A program made the translations under genes and the position numbers. The notes under the pieces were generated by a model, which did no database searches, was not told the origin of the DNA, and was given only the letters and a program-made list of their open reading frames with translations. Below, in pieces: positions 39,991 through 49,761 of a DNA stretch of 64,000 bases (the stretch's first letter is position 1; each line of letters begins with the position of its first letter). This DNA comes from Bacilli bacterium. Lineage in GTDB: Bacteria > Bacillota_I > Bacilli_A > RFN20 > CAG-826. The stretch spans positions 17,234-81,233 of the forward strand of contig JAGBLE010000012.1 of NCBI GenBank assembly GCA_017635565.1, written 5' to 3'.

Positions 39991-41379
39991 CTAATATTTG
40001 ATGCTATTGCTTGTACGTGGATATGGTTGGACATCACGAATATTTTGCATACCGGTGATATACATTAATAATCTATCAAAGCCAATTCCAAATCCAGAAT
40101 GGACACACCCACCATAACGACGAGTGTCTAAATACCATTCAAGGCCTTCAGTAATACCCATTTCATCCATCTTGGCTTTTAAGACATCATATCTTTCTTC
40201 TCTTTGAGATCCACCAACAAGTTCTCCAACTGCAGGAACTAATAAGTCACAAGCAGCAACAGTCTTATTATCATCATTTACTTTCATATAGAAAGCTTTA
40301 ATTTCGCGAGGATAATTAATTAAGAATAAAGGTCCATTAACAATTTTCTCAGTTAAATATCTTTCGTGTTCTGATTGTAAATCCATACCCCATTCGATAT
40401 TGCTATTTTCGAATTTCACGCCGTTTCTTACAGCTTCTTTGAGTAATTCAATACCTTCAGTGTATGTCATTTTTTTGAATTCCGAATTGAGAACATGGTC
40501 AAGTCTTTCTAGCAATGTATTATCAATCATTTGGTTAAAGAATTTCATTTCTTCTGGGCAAGCTTCTTTAACATAAGCAATGCAATATTTAATGCAATCT
40601 TCAATGACATCCATATTGCCATCTAAATCAGTAAACGCCATTTCAGGTTCAATCATCCAGAATTCGGAAGCGTGTCTAACTGTGTTACTATGTTCTGCTC
40701 TAAAAACAGGGCCAAAAGTGTAAACATCTCTAAAGGCTAACGCAAAAGGTTCAACGTGTAATTGGCCTGTAACTGTTAAATTAACTTTTCTTCCATAAAA
40801 TGAAAATGGATCTTTAGTGTCATGAGTTGTAACATCGAAGACATTTCCTGCCCCTTCTCCATCGTTAGTGGTAATTTCTGGAGTGTGGACATAAATAAAT
40901 CCTCTTTCTTGAAAGAATTGATGAACCGCATAAGAAAGAACACTTCTTACTCTAAAAACAGCTTGGAATGTATTTCCTCTTGGTCTGACATGCGCAATTT
41001 CTCTTAAAAATTCAAAACTGTGTCTTTTCTTTTGCAATGGATAATCTTCATCGCAATCGCCTAAAAGTTTTGCTTCAATAACATTAATTTCAAATGGTTG
41101 CTTGTTTTCTGGAGTGATAGCAACTTTACCATTTATTTCTATTGCGCATCCATTTCTAAAAGATGAAAGTGTATCGAAATCTTTATTTTCTTTTTGATAC
41201 ACTAGTTGGACATTTTTGAAATATGTTCCATCATTGAATTCAATAAAACCAATTTGCCCGTTATTTCTATTTGTTCTAACCCAACCTTGCAAGTTGACTT
41301 CTGAATTTAAAAGAGTTTCTTTTTCTTCATCATCTCCACAAAGGATGATGTCATATAATTCAAAATTTGTGATTTTCAT
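39991..41379 (-). CDS. asnS: Asparagine--tRNA ligase
   Basis: 462-aa class II synthetase with the GGSQREERYD motif and an N-terminal OB-fold region. Confidence 0.9.
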   Translation of the reverse strand: MKITNFELYDIILCGDDEEKETLLNSEVNLQGWVRTNRNNGQIGFIEFNDGTYFKNVQLVYQKENKDFDTLSSFRNGCAIEINGKVAITPENKQPFEINVIEAKLLGDCDEDYPLQKKRHSFEFLREIAHVRPRGNTFQAVFRVRSVLSYAVHQFFQERGFIYVHTPEITTNDGEGAGNVFDVTTHDTKDPFSFYGRKVNLTVTGQLHVEPFALAFRDVYTFGPVFRAEHSNTVRHASEFWMIEPEMAFTDLDGNMDVIEDCIKYCIAYVKEACPEEMKFFNQMIDNTLLERLDHVLNSEFKKMTYTEGIELLKEAVRNGVKFENSNIEWGMDLQSEHERYLTEKIVNGPLFLINYPREIKAFYMKVNDDNKTVAACDLLVPAVGELVGGSQREERYDVLKAKMDEMGITEGLEWYLDTRRYGGCVHSGFGIGFDRLLMYITGMQNIRDVQPYPRTSNSIKY

Positions 41380-41397
41380 TTATTTAGCCTCTCAGTA

Positions 41398-41406
41398 ATT
41401 ATAACA
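41398..41406 (-). promoter_or_regulatory. Extended -10 promoter element for asnS
   Basis: Minus strand reads TGtTATAAT, followed by the GAGAGG RBS and the ATG. Confidence 0.45.
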
Positions 41407-41435
41407 ATATTGTGTTTAATCTTTTAATAAAGATT

Positions 41436-42449
41436 TTAGAATTTATTCCATTCATCAATTTCCCAGTTTGGATCAACTGATAAATCAAGCGGTGCGAAGA
41501 CTTTTAATTCATATAATCTTTCTGCAACTTTTGCAATCATCGCTGCATTATCAGTACAACACCACATCGGTGGGATATTGATTTCAACGTGAAGATTATT
41601 CATTGCTTTAGTCATTTCTTCTCTTAAATATGAATTAGCGGAAACTCCTCCAGCAAGAATAACTTGATTAACTTTATATTCTTTTACTGCTTTCACAGTT
41701 CGATCAATAACTAACCCAACAGCGACATCCTGGAAAGATTTGCACATGTCTTCAACATTAACTTTTTCGCCTTTTTGTTCGAGGTTATGAACAAGGTTAA
41801 TAACGTTAGTTTTAAGCCCAGAATACGACAGATCTAAGGTATGTTCGCCTTTTAATGGAGTTGGAAGGTCATAACTATGCTTACCAACTTTTGCCAGTTT
41901 ATCAATTGGAACACCGCCAGGATAAGGAAGCCCAAGAACTCTCGCAACTTTGTCATAGCATTCCCCAATTGCGTCATCCCTAGTTTTAGCAATAATCTCG
42001 AAATTAAGGTGATCTTTCATTAAGACTAGTTCAGTATTTCCTCCGCTAACAACAACTGCCATCATTGGAAATTTAAAGGTTGAAACATATTCATTAGCGT
42101 ATATATGTCCCGCTAAATGATGAACAGGTATTAATGGGATGTTATATAACATACTTATTGTTTTAGCAGCTTGTAATCCGACATGAAGAGCTCCAATTAA
42201 TCCAGGACCACGAGTAACTGCAACAGCATCTAAATCTTCGAATTTAATATTTGCTGTTTCCATTGCTTCTTTTATAACAATAGAAATGTTTTCAGCGTGT
42301 AATCTACTAGCAATTTCTGGCATTACTCCACCATATTTTCGGTGAACTTCAATCTGAGTTGAAACAACGTTTGATAACAATTTGCCATTATCAATAACCG
42401 AGGCAGCGGTTTCATCACAACTGCTCTCAATAGCAAGAATTTTCGCCAT
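41436..42449 (-). CDS. tsaD: tRNA N6-adenosine threonylcarbamoyltransferase
   Basis: 337 aa. MAKILAIESSCDETA N-terminus and the HHLAGH motif. Confidence 0.9.
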   Translation of the reverse strand: MAKILAIESSCDETAASVIDNGKLLSNVVSTQIEVHRKYGGVMPEIASRLHAENISIVIKEAMETANIKFEDLDAVAVTRGPGLIGALHVGLQAAKTISMLYNIPLIPVHHLAGHIYANEYVSTFKFPMMAVVVSGGNTELVLMKDHLNFEIIAKTRDDAIGECYDKVARVLGLPYPGGVPIDKLAKVGKHSYDLPTPLKGEHTLDLSYSGLKTNVINLVHNLEQKGEKVNVEDMCKSFQDVAVGLVIDRTVKAVKEYKVNQVILAGGVSANSYLREEMTKAMNNLHVEINIPPMWCCTDNAAMIAKVAERLYELKVFAPLDLSVDPNWEIDEWNKF

Positions 42450-42450
42450 G

Positions 42451-42921
42451 TTAATTCACCTCCAATATCATGTATAAAGCGTTTTCGCCATTGCTATAAT
42501 AGCTAGGCTTAACATGAGATATATTAAAGCCATATTTTTGATAAAACTTAATGGCCTTTTCATTACTTTCTCTAACTTCAAGAGTTAATGTTCTAATTTT
42601 TTTTATTTTTGCATCCTTAATAACTTCATCCATCAGTTCACTTCCAACTCCACTTCGGCGAATATCAGGATGAACAGCGATTTGACATATGGTGCCGCTA
42701 TCAAAAGTGACCCAATAATCAACAAATCCAACAATTGTTTTGAGTCCCAAAGAAGCATTTGAATATTCAATTACCCAAACATTACTTACTGGGTTTTCAT
42801 GCATTTCATAATGAAAATCTTTTTCTTTCCATGGATGTAAAAATGAAGTGTTTTCAATTTCCATCACCTGTGGTAAATCGCTATCAGTCATTGGCCTAAT
42901 TTCAACATCTAAATATTTCAT
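42451..42921 (-). CDS. rimI: Ribosomal-protein-alanine N-acetyltransferase (GNAT)
   Basis: 156-aa GNAT fold (QIAVHPDIRRSGVGSELM). Lies between tsaB and tsaD as in many Firmicutes. Confidence 0.8.
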   Translation of the reverse strand: MKYLDVEIRPMTDSDLPQVMEIENTSFLHPWKEKDFHYEMHENPVSNVWVIEYSNASLGLKTIVGFVDYWVTFDSGTICQIAVHPDIRRSGVGSELMDEVIKDAKIKKIRTLTLEVRESNEKAIKFYQKYGFNISHVKPSYYSNGENALYMILEVN

Positions 42922-42923
42922 AA

Positions 42924-43508
42924 TTAGTCCTTTAAATATATCGGTTTAACCGATAAATCATTTTCACTAGGCGACAAAACATCAATTAAGCTCACCATTT
43001 GTTTACAAATATTATTGTCTTTATTTTCAAACCCTAAATATCTTGCATCTCCACAGATAGAATAGTCTGGATGAGAAGAGATATATTCTCTTACTTCATC
43101 ATTTGTTTTAATCGTGTCTGAGACAATAATCTCCTTATCTCGATAGACACCAAAATAACTTCTATTGCTTCTAGCGTTAATTAGACAAATTGATGGTTTA
43201 TCATCATCTTTCAAAACTCTTAAAGACGAAACTTGATATATAGGAGCGGAACACGCTAAAGAAGCAACTTTAGCAATTGTTAAAGCAATTCTAACTCCCG
43301 TATAAGAGCCAGGGCCAATTGAGACAACAATCTTTTTAATATCTTTTCTATTAAGATTAAGTTCTTTCATTAATTTATCGATCTCCGGAACCATATGTTC
43401 GCTTTGAACTTGCCAGGCTTCATATGACGTAAAACCTATAAGAAGTCCGTTATTTTCAAATCCAACCGATAAAGAAGTATTGGAACTATCAAGTAATAAA
43501 GTCGCCAT
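42924..43508 (-). CDS. tsaB: t6A biosynthesis protein TsaB
   Basis: 194 aa. GPGSYTGVRIALT motif. Confidence 0.85.
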   Translation of the reverse strand: MATLLLDSSNTSLSVGFENNGLLIGFTSYEAWQVQSEHMVPEIDKLMKELNLNRKDIKKIVVSIGPGSYTGVRIALTIAKVASLACSAPIYQVSSLRVLKDDDKPSICLINARSNRSYFGVYRDKEIIVSDTIKTNDEVREYISSHPDYSICGDARYLGFENKDNNICKQMVSLIDVLSPSENDLSVKPIYLKD

Positions 43509-43957
43509 TATTTTAATTCCTCCACAAGAGATTCATCGTTACTATAAATGTCAATTTTTCTGCTTGTATCACCAGTGGAAGAAATATTAATCCAAAGAGT
43601 GTTTTCTGGTAATAATTTTTCAATAAAAAGTGGCCACTCAATCATTGTGAGCCCCGTTTCATATCCAATATATTCATCGAGTCCAATATCAGTATTAACA
43701 TCTGCAAGACGATATGCGTCAATATGAATTAATGGACGATCTCCCTTCAAATATAATTTCATAATATTAAAGGTTGGAGATTGTACTACTTCATTGATAT
43801 TGAGTCCTCTAGCAACTCCTCTAACTAAAGTTGTCTTACCCGCTCCTAAATCTCCAATAAGAGCAATAACTGTTCCATTAGGAACTCTTTTAGCAATTTT
43901 AAGTCCAAATTCATTCATTTGGTCGCATGAAAAAATGTCGAAAATATAATGTTTCAT
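43508..43957 (-). CDS. tsaE: t6A biosynthesis ATPase TsaE
   Basis: 149 aa. Walker A GDLGAGKTT and SPTFNIM motif. Confidence 0.85.
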   Translation of the reverse strand: MKHYIFDIFSCDQMNEFGLKIAKRVPNGTVIALIGDLGAGKTTLVRGVARGLNINEVVQSPTFNIMKLYLKGDRPLIHIDAYRLADVNTDIGLDEYIGYETGLTMIEWPLFIEKLLPENTLWINISSTGDTSRKIDIYSNDESLVEELK

Positions 43958-43961
43958 TAAT

Positions 43962-44495
43962 CTATTTATCCTTATTTAAGGTATTTAAAAATTTATCGTA
44001 ATACTTTTTGATTCTTTCATCATCAAAAGGCCATTCTCTCGCTTCCATCTTTTTCACTATTTCTTTTGTTTGATATTTAAGAACAACATCTAAATCATCG
44101 CTGTAATTATAGAGTTTCTTATGCCTTAAATACTCTTTTTCATCCAAAATACGAATGTCTCCAGAAGGAAATAATTTTGCGTCTAAATCATAATCGATAT
44201 ATTTAATCATTCTATGGTTAACTATGGACGGAGAAGCAATGTTGCAGTAATAGCAAATTCCATCTTCCTTGAGCATGCATATTACATTCCACCACTCTTT
44301 TTTTGAAAAGATAGTGACTGCTGGTTCTTTGGTAAACCATCTCCTACCATTATTTTCAACAACTTTTGCTCTTTTGGTGGCAACAACCACATAGTCATCA
44401 TTATTGGCCAAAACTAAACCACGATCCCAGCATCTATGCAAAGAACCATCATGTTTATAACATTGAATTGCTAACCAGTGACCAAATAAACCCAT
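43962..44495 (-). CDS. DUF402 family protein (nucleoside tri/diphosphatase-like)
   Basis: 177 aa. IQCYKHDGSLHRCW and YIDYDLD are typical of DUF402/UPF0374. Confidence 0.7.
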   Translation of the reverse strand: MGLFGHWLAIQCYKHDGSLHRCWDRGLVLANNDDYVVVATKRAKVVENNGRRWFTKEPAVTIFSKKEWWNVICMLKEDGICYYCNIASPSIVNHRMIKYIDYDLDAKLFPSGDIRILDEKEYLRHKKLYNYSDDLDVVLKYQTKEIVKKMEAREWPFDDERIKKYYDKFLNTLNKDK

Positions 44496-44498
44496 AAA

Positions 44499-45509
44499 TT
44501 AACCAAGTAAAATTTCAAAAATACCAGTAATGTTTTTCTTTAATTGAACATATCCATTTGCTTCGATTGCGTGATCAAAAGGAATCGCAACAATTTTATC
44601 ATCATAAGAAAGATATACACTTGTATGTCCTGCCCAAAGAACAATATTTACATTAAGTAAAGAATCTACGCATTCAATTGATTTAAGATTATTGATTAAA
44701 TCTTTTCCTAAATCTTTTTCTACTTGAGCGCCTTCTTTGCCGTAAATAACAAAGTTATTTTGCTCACTAACGACCACTAAGTCATCGATATCATTAGGCG
44801 AATCAGTGACTGTCTGTCCTTTAATTTGAATGATATAACGCTCTTCAAAATGAAGTTTATTTTCAAAACTTAAATATTTGCCAACGAAAGCAACAACTTT
44901 TTGCCCTCTCTTAGCGCCAGCTTTATATAACGCTAATTCACCACATTCAAATGGTTTCTCTTTATATGTTCCAGAAACGATATTTCGACTGACAACATCA
45001 ATTACATCTTTATAGCATCGATCACTGATAACATCAGTCATCGCATATCTTTTTTCATGATAAAGTTTTTGATCGTGTGCATCAGGAATATCGAAAACAT
45101 AGTTATCAACAATTTGGAAGAAGTTGCGGATATATGTTTTTGTCGTATTAGGGAATATATTCTTTGTCAAAATGTAATGGACAACAAGGAAAACAAATGT
45201 AACTCCGATGGTAACTCCACCAACAATTTTTACCCAATTATCGTAAGCAGGATTCATAAATAAGAACATCGATACAACAAATAAAACAACAACTACCGAC
45301 ATGATAATGTTATTTTTTGTACGAGTTTTCTTATATGTTTTAAAGATAACAGCTCTTTCATTTTCTGCTGCCACATCAAATGGAGTTTCTGATTTTTCTT
45401 TGCAAAGTTCAATCAAATCTAAGCTCTTATTAAGCTTTTCCTGTTCTTCTTCTGGCGAGAGGATTTTTACTTCAACTTTTTCGTTTTCTTTGTTTTTATT
45501 TTTTGCCAT
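44499..45509 (-). CDS. Membrane protein (2 central TM), unknown function
   Basis: 336 aa: a charged N-terminus, two TM helices, then a ~210-aa C-terminal domain. First gene of the tsa operon. Confidence 0.55.
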   Translation of the reverse strand: MAKNKNKENEKVEVKILSPEEEQEKLNKSLDLIELCKEKSETPFDVAAENERAVIFKTYKKTRTKNNIIMSVVVVLFVVSMFLFMNPAYDNWVKIVGGVTIGVTFVFLVVHYILTKNIFPNTTKTYIRNFFQIVDNYVFDIPDAHDQKLYHEKRYAMTDVISDRCYKDVIDVVSRNIVSGTYKEKPFECGELALYKAGAKRGQKVVAFVGKYLSFENKLHFEERYIIQIKGQTVTDSPNDIDDLVVVSEQNNFVIYGKEGAQVEKDLGKDLINNLKSIECVDSLLNVNIVLWAGHTSVYLSYDDKIVAIPFDHAIEANGYVQLKKNITGIFEILLG

Positions 45510-45594
45510 ATTTTATTACCTAACGATATCAATCATAACATAAATGCCTCATTAATGAGAGCAATTTATGTAAGTTCACATATTATACATTGGA

Positions 45595-45623
45595 TTGATT
45601 GAAAAAAGTAAAAGAACTATAAT
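45595..45623 (+). promoter_or_regulatory. Promoter for the thiT riboswitch leader
   Basis: TTGATT, a 17-nt spacer, then TATAAT, immediately upstream of the riboswitch. Confidence 0.6.
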
Positions 45624-45624
45624 T

Positions 45625-45712
45625 TTCTTCGGGAGCTGGGTAAACCCGGCTGAGAGGGCTAATGTGAGTAGCCGACCGTACCTGATCTAGGTAATTCTAG
45701 CGGAGGGAAGTT
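45625..45712 (+). promoter_or_regulatory. TPP (thiamine pyrophosphate) riboswitch
   Basis: Contains the THI-box cores GGCTGAGAG and ACCTGATCTAGGTAATTCTAGCGGAGGGA. P1 is CTTC...GAAG. Confidence 0.9.
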
Positions 45713-45731
45713 TTTAATTGATGACTTTCAT

Positions 45732-45756
45732 CTCCGTCAATAGATGGAGTTTTTTA
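45732..45756 (+). terminator. Riboswitch expression-platform terminator
   Basis: CTCCGTC-AATA-GATGGAG followed by TTTTTTAT. Confidence 0.7.
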
Positions 45757-45769
45757 TTGGGAGAGTTTT

Positions 45770-46822
45770 ATGAACAAAAGTACTAACACTGTAAGAACGA
45801 TAACAGAAATTGGATTATTTGCTGCACTTGGATTTGCGTTAGACGAACTGCAAGGAATAATTTCAAAAGGCTTATTTGTAAATGGTGGATCAATTGGATT
45901 TGCCATGATTGCTGTTTTAATTATTACATTTAGAAGAGGAACGCTTGCAGGTTTTGTAACCGGATTAATAATGGGGTTACTTGATGTTGCAACAGGACCA
46001 TACATTCTTAATTTCTGGCAAGTAATTCTAGATTATGTCATTTCGTATTCTTTAGTCGCCGCTTCAGGATTAATAAGACCATTCTTTTCGAAAAGAAAAA
46101 ATGACAAAGAAGGTATTTTAATATTGTTATTAGCAACATTATTAGGCGGAATTGCTAAATTTGTTTCTCACTATTTAGCTGGCGTTATTTTCTGGGCTGA
46201 CCCATCTGGATTTGCTTGGGAATTAACCAATATGAATCCTTACTTATACTGTTTTATTTACAATATTGCGTTCATTGGTCCTTCAATTATTTTGTGCGGA
46301 ATCTTAATGATTGCAATATTTAAAAAAGCACCTCAAATAATCATTATTGAAAGTGAAGAAGTTGAAAGCCAAAAGCACTTAAAACTTCACGACTATATTG
46401 TTAATCCAATAGTTTTATTATCAGGATTATTCCTATTCATCTATTTCTTAATTAAGTATATAAATAGTTACGAATCAGAATATGATGGGTATGGCACAGA
46501 CGTCAGTTTTAGCAGTGATGCATTGGTGCTAATGGTAAGTGGATTTTTGTTAATAGTTGTCAGTGGAATAACCATGATTAAAACATTGAAAAATATTCAG
46601 AATAATAGGTTAACCATTATCAATATACTTATTTTAACTTTTGCTAATGTTGTTTATCCAATTGCTAGATTAATCAAAATGTACAATAAAGGAAACGATC
46701 CAACTATTTATTGGATTTGGTTTGCGGTTGGAATCTTTTTAAATTTATTATTTATTGGCTTATATTTATTCACAAAGAAATTGCTTAAACAAAATAACGA
46801 AATTAGTGAATCCACTATTTAA
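45770..46822 (+). CDS. thiT: Thiamine ECF-transporter S component (ThiT) fused to a C-terminal 4-TM extension
   Basis: The first ~185 aa align by eye with ThiT (TEIGLFAALGFAL, RRGTLAGFVTG, HYLAGVIFWA), followed by ~160 extra hydrophobic residues. Under TPP riboswitch control. Confidence 0.8.
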   Translation: MNKSTNTVRTITEIGLFAALGFALDELQGIISKGLFVNGGSIGFAMIAVLIITFRRGTLAGFVTGLIMGLLDVATGPYILNFWQVILDYVISYSLVAASGLIRPFFSKRKNDKEGILILLLATLLGGIAKFVSHYLAGVIFWADPSGFAWELTNMNPYLYCFIYNIAFIGPSIILCGILMIAIFKKAPQIIIIESEEVESQKHLKLHDYIVNPIVLLSGLFLFIYFLIKYINSYESEYDGYGTDVSFSSDALVLMVSGFLLIVVSGITMIKTLKNIQNNRLTIINILILTFANVVYPIARLIKMYNKGNDPTIYWIWFAVGIFLNLLFIGLYLFTKKLLKQNNEISESTI

Positions 46823-47471
46823 CCCAATTTATAGGTTTTACGCCATTTTTTTCAAGAAATTCGTTAGTTTTGAGGAAAATATTACTATTAAACCAGCCAC
46901 CTTGATTTGCTCCAAGAGGAGAAGGATGAGTCGCCTTTAAAATCAGGTGGTTTTTATTTGTTAAATATTTTTCAAGCCCCTTAGCGGCCCCTCCCCAAAG
47001 AAGGAAAACTATTGGCTGATCAACTTTATTTAAAACATCTAATATGTCCTGCATAAATAGATTATATTCTTTGATATTATGTGACATTGGAAGATGTTCT
47101 CTCACTGTTAAAATCGTATTTAATAGAAGCACACCTTGTTTTGCTAAATAGGTTAAGTCTCCACCTTTATTAAAAATTACTGTATTATATTCAATTTCTA
47201 TCTCTTTATAAATGTTTATAAGAGAAGGCGGGGTCTTAATGTTATCGGGCACTGAAAAGGCGAGACCCATTGCTTGACCAGGTTCGTGGTAAGGGTCTTG
47301 ACCAAAGATAACAACTTTAACATTTTCTAAAGGCGTTAACTTAAAAGCGTTAAACATATTTTTTCTTTCTGGATATATCGTATGTTTTTGATATTCTTCA
47401 TCAAGAAAGCTCGATAATTTAAGCGCATAATCTTTTGTTTTAATTTCTCTAAATACTTCTTCCCAGGTCAT
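46815..47471 (-). CDS. ung: Uracil-DNA glycosylase
   Basis: 218 aa with GQDPYH and HPSPL motifs. Confidence 0.9.
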   Translation of the reverse strand: MTWEEVFREIKTKDYALKLSSFLDEEYQKHTIYPERKNMFNAFKLTPLENVKVVIFGQDPYHEPGQAMGLAFSVPDNIKTPPSLINIYKEIEIEYNTVIFNKGGDLTYLAKQGVLLLNTILTVREHLPMSHNIKEYNLFMQDILDVLNKVDQPIVFLLWGGAAKGLEKYLTNKNHLILKATHPSPLGANQGGWFNSNIFLKTNEFLEKNGVKPINWVK

Positions 47472-47528
47472 ATTTTTATCATCAATATTTTACTATAAAA
47501 GTAAAAACAAGGTAGTTATAATATCTAT

Positions 47529-48617
47529 ATGCGAGTCTTGATTATTTTTAATCACCCAGCCCCATATAAGGTCAAATCATTCAATGAGTTAGCAAAATTA
47601 GTGGATCTAACTGTTCTTTTTGAACGAAAAAAAGCAAAAGATCGACCAGATTCTTTTTATGATTATGACAGCATTAACTTCAAAAATATTTTCTTAACAA
47701 AAGGATATGTTGGAAACGAAGGAAGCATATCTGGAGAAGTTAAAAAATATATAAAAGAACACCATCACGAATTTGATTTAATCATTATGAACGGATATTC
47801 CCACTATTCCGAAATCAAAGCGATTCGATATATGAGTAAACATCATATCAAATTTGGACTACTCATCAATGGAGGACTAGTTAAAAAAGAAACCACGCTT
47901 AAGAAAATTTATAAAACTTCCTTAATTTCAAAAGCGGATTATTATCTCTCTCCTTCTAAACTTGCCAGCGAATATCTTGTTTATTATGGAGCAAACAAAG
48001 AAAAGATTTATCAATATTTATATAGTAACTGCTATGAAACTGAAATATTAAATGAACCTATCAAAGATAAAAGCGAAATTAGAAATAAGTATCATTTACC
48101 ACTTGATAAAAAAATATTTATTAACGCTTCTCAATTCATTGAAAGAAAAAATAATATGCAGCTAATATCGTTGTTTAAAAATAGAAAAGACATTCTTTTA
48201 TTGGTGGGTGAAGGACCAGAAAAAAGCAGTTATCTCAAATATATTAAAGATAACAACATGGATAATGTTTTAATATTGCCATTTATGAAAAAAGAAGAAT
48301 TATTTGAGTTAATGAAAGGATGTGATGTTTACATCACTCTTTCTAAAGAAGACATCTTTGGTCACACCACTCTTGAAGCTTTTTCTAACGGACTTCCCGT
48401 TATTTCATCCGATAAAGTGATAAGTTCCTTAGAATATGTCAAAGATGGATATAATGGATATATTGTTAATCTGAACAACGAACAAAACATTAAAGAAAAA
48501 ATGGATTTAGTTACTTATGATTTATCTAGTAACGCTATTAAAAGTGCTAAAAACAATACTTTTGAAAGCAATGCAAAATCCCTAAGTGAGGCATTTAAAG
48601 AAATATATGGAAAATAA
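47529..48617 (+). CDS. Glycosyltransferase (GT4-like)
   Basis: 362 aa with a GT-B C-terminal pattern (..FGHTTLEAFSNGLPVISSD..). TATAAT lies 6 nt upstream of the ATG. Confidence 0.75.
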   Translation: MRVLIIFNHPAPYKVKSFNELAKLVDLTVLFERKKAKDRPDSFYDYDSINFKNIFLTKGYVGNEGSISGEVKKYIKEHHHEFDLIIMNGYSHYSEIKAIRYMSKHHIKFGLLINGGLVKKETTLKKIYKTSLISKADYYLSPSKLASEYLVYYGANKEKIYQYLYSNCYETEILNEPIKDKSEIRNKYHLPLDKKIFINASQFIERKNNMQLISLFKNRKDILLLVGEGPEKSSYLKYIKDNNMDNVLILPFMKKEELFELMKGCDVYITLSKEDIFGHTTLEAFSNGLPVISSDKVISSLEYVKDGYNGYIVNLNNEQNIKEKMDLVTYDLSSNAIKSAKNNTFESNAKSLSEAFKEIYGK

Positions 48618-49761
48618 ATACATCTACTTTACTACAGCAATGGATAATAATTCATTTGCTAGTTATCTTGAAGATTGGAAAGTATCTCCAAATCTTTCTA
48701 ATCAAAATTTTCATAATAAATTGATTCGCGCATTATCTTTAACTCACGACATCGATGTTATTTCAGTTCGCTCGATTAACCATCACTATAAGTATCCAAA
48801 ATTGAAGGCCAAAATCGTTAGAGAAAACAATATTTTCTGGAAATATCCTCAAGTCTCAAGAAATAGAATTGATAAATATCTCAACTTATTTAAAAGAATT
48901 GAAGAAATTTCAATGAAAGACAGTAAATACATCTTCGTGGATGTTTTAAATTTGTCATTATTAAAAGCCGCGATTAAATATCGCAAAAAATATGGTATGA
49001 AGATTATCGGTATTTGCACTGATTCCCCATATAACATCTCTTTTTTAAGAAATGGATATAAAAATAAGCTCGTCGCACTTGGACAAAGTTTAGATGCATA
49101 TATTGTCTTAACTGAAAAATTAAACAATTTATATAATGTGAACTCTAAGCCATTTATTAAAATTGATGGAATAAGTGAATCACAATCCGATTATTTACCA
49201 CGAAAAATTAATAATGATTACATATATTTTGGTGGTTCATTAATGAAAGAATATGGGGTATTAAATTTAATTGACGCATATAAAAAACTTGCAAGAAACG
49301 ACCTAAAACTAGTTATATGTGGCCATCACTTACAAAAAGACAAGTTATATCCTTTAATTGACGGAGACGATAATATCATTTATCTCGGACCAGTGAATTA
49401 TAAAGAAAATTTATCTTTAGAAAAGAATTCAGTACTCACAATAAATCCAAGACCACAAAATCCTAAAATTGATCAATATTCATTCCCAAGCAAGACTCTC
49501 GAATATCTCGCTAATGGATGTCTAACTATTGCAGTCAGTAACGAATTATTAAAAGAACATTACGAGTCTTGCATCATTTGGGCAAAAAGTGGAGATCCAG
49601 ATGATTTATGTGAGGCGATGAAAAGAGCGTTAGAGTTAAATCGAACCGATCGAGAAATATTATCATTATTAGGAAAAAATAAAGCGATGCAATACACATC
49701 GCTTGAATCAGTTAATCATCTGTTTGATGATGAATTACTTCCTAAACTCTCTCTCAATTAA
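48607..49761 (+). CDS. Glycosyltransferase (GT-B-like)
   Basis: C-terminal FPSKTLEYLANGCLTIAV pattern. Start chosen at MENKYIYF, overlapping the upstream stop; the ORF-track alternative is 48586. Confidence 0.65.
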   Translation: MENKYIYFTTAMDNNSFASYLEDWKVSPNLSNQNFHNKLIRALSLTHDIDVISVRSINHHYKYPKLKAKIVRENNIFWKYPQVSRNRIDKYLNLFKRIEEISMKDSKYIFVDVLNLSLLKAAIKYRKKYGMKIIGICTDSPYNISFLRNGYKNKLVALGQSLDAYIVLTEKLNNLYNVNSKPFIKIDGISESQSDYLPRKINNDYIYFGGSLMKEYGVLNLIDAYKKLARNDLKLVICGHHLQKDKLYPLIDGDDNIIYLGPVNYKENLSLEKNSVLTINPRPQNPKIDQYSFPSKTLEYLANGCLTIAVSNELLKEHYESCIIWAKSGDPDDLCEAMKRALELNRTDREILSLLGKNKAMQYTSLESVNHLFDDELLPKLSLN

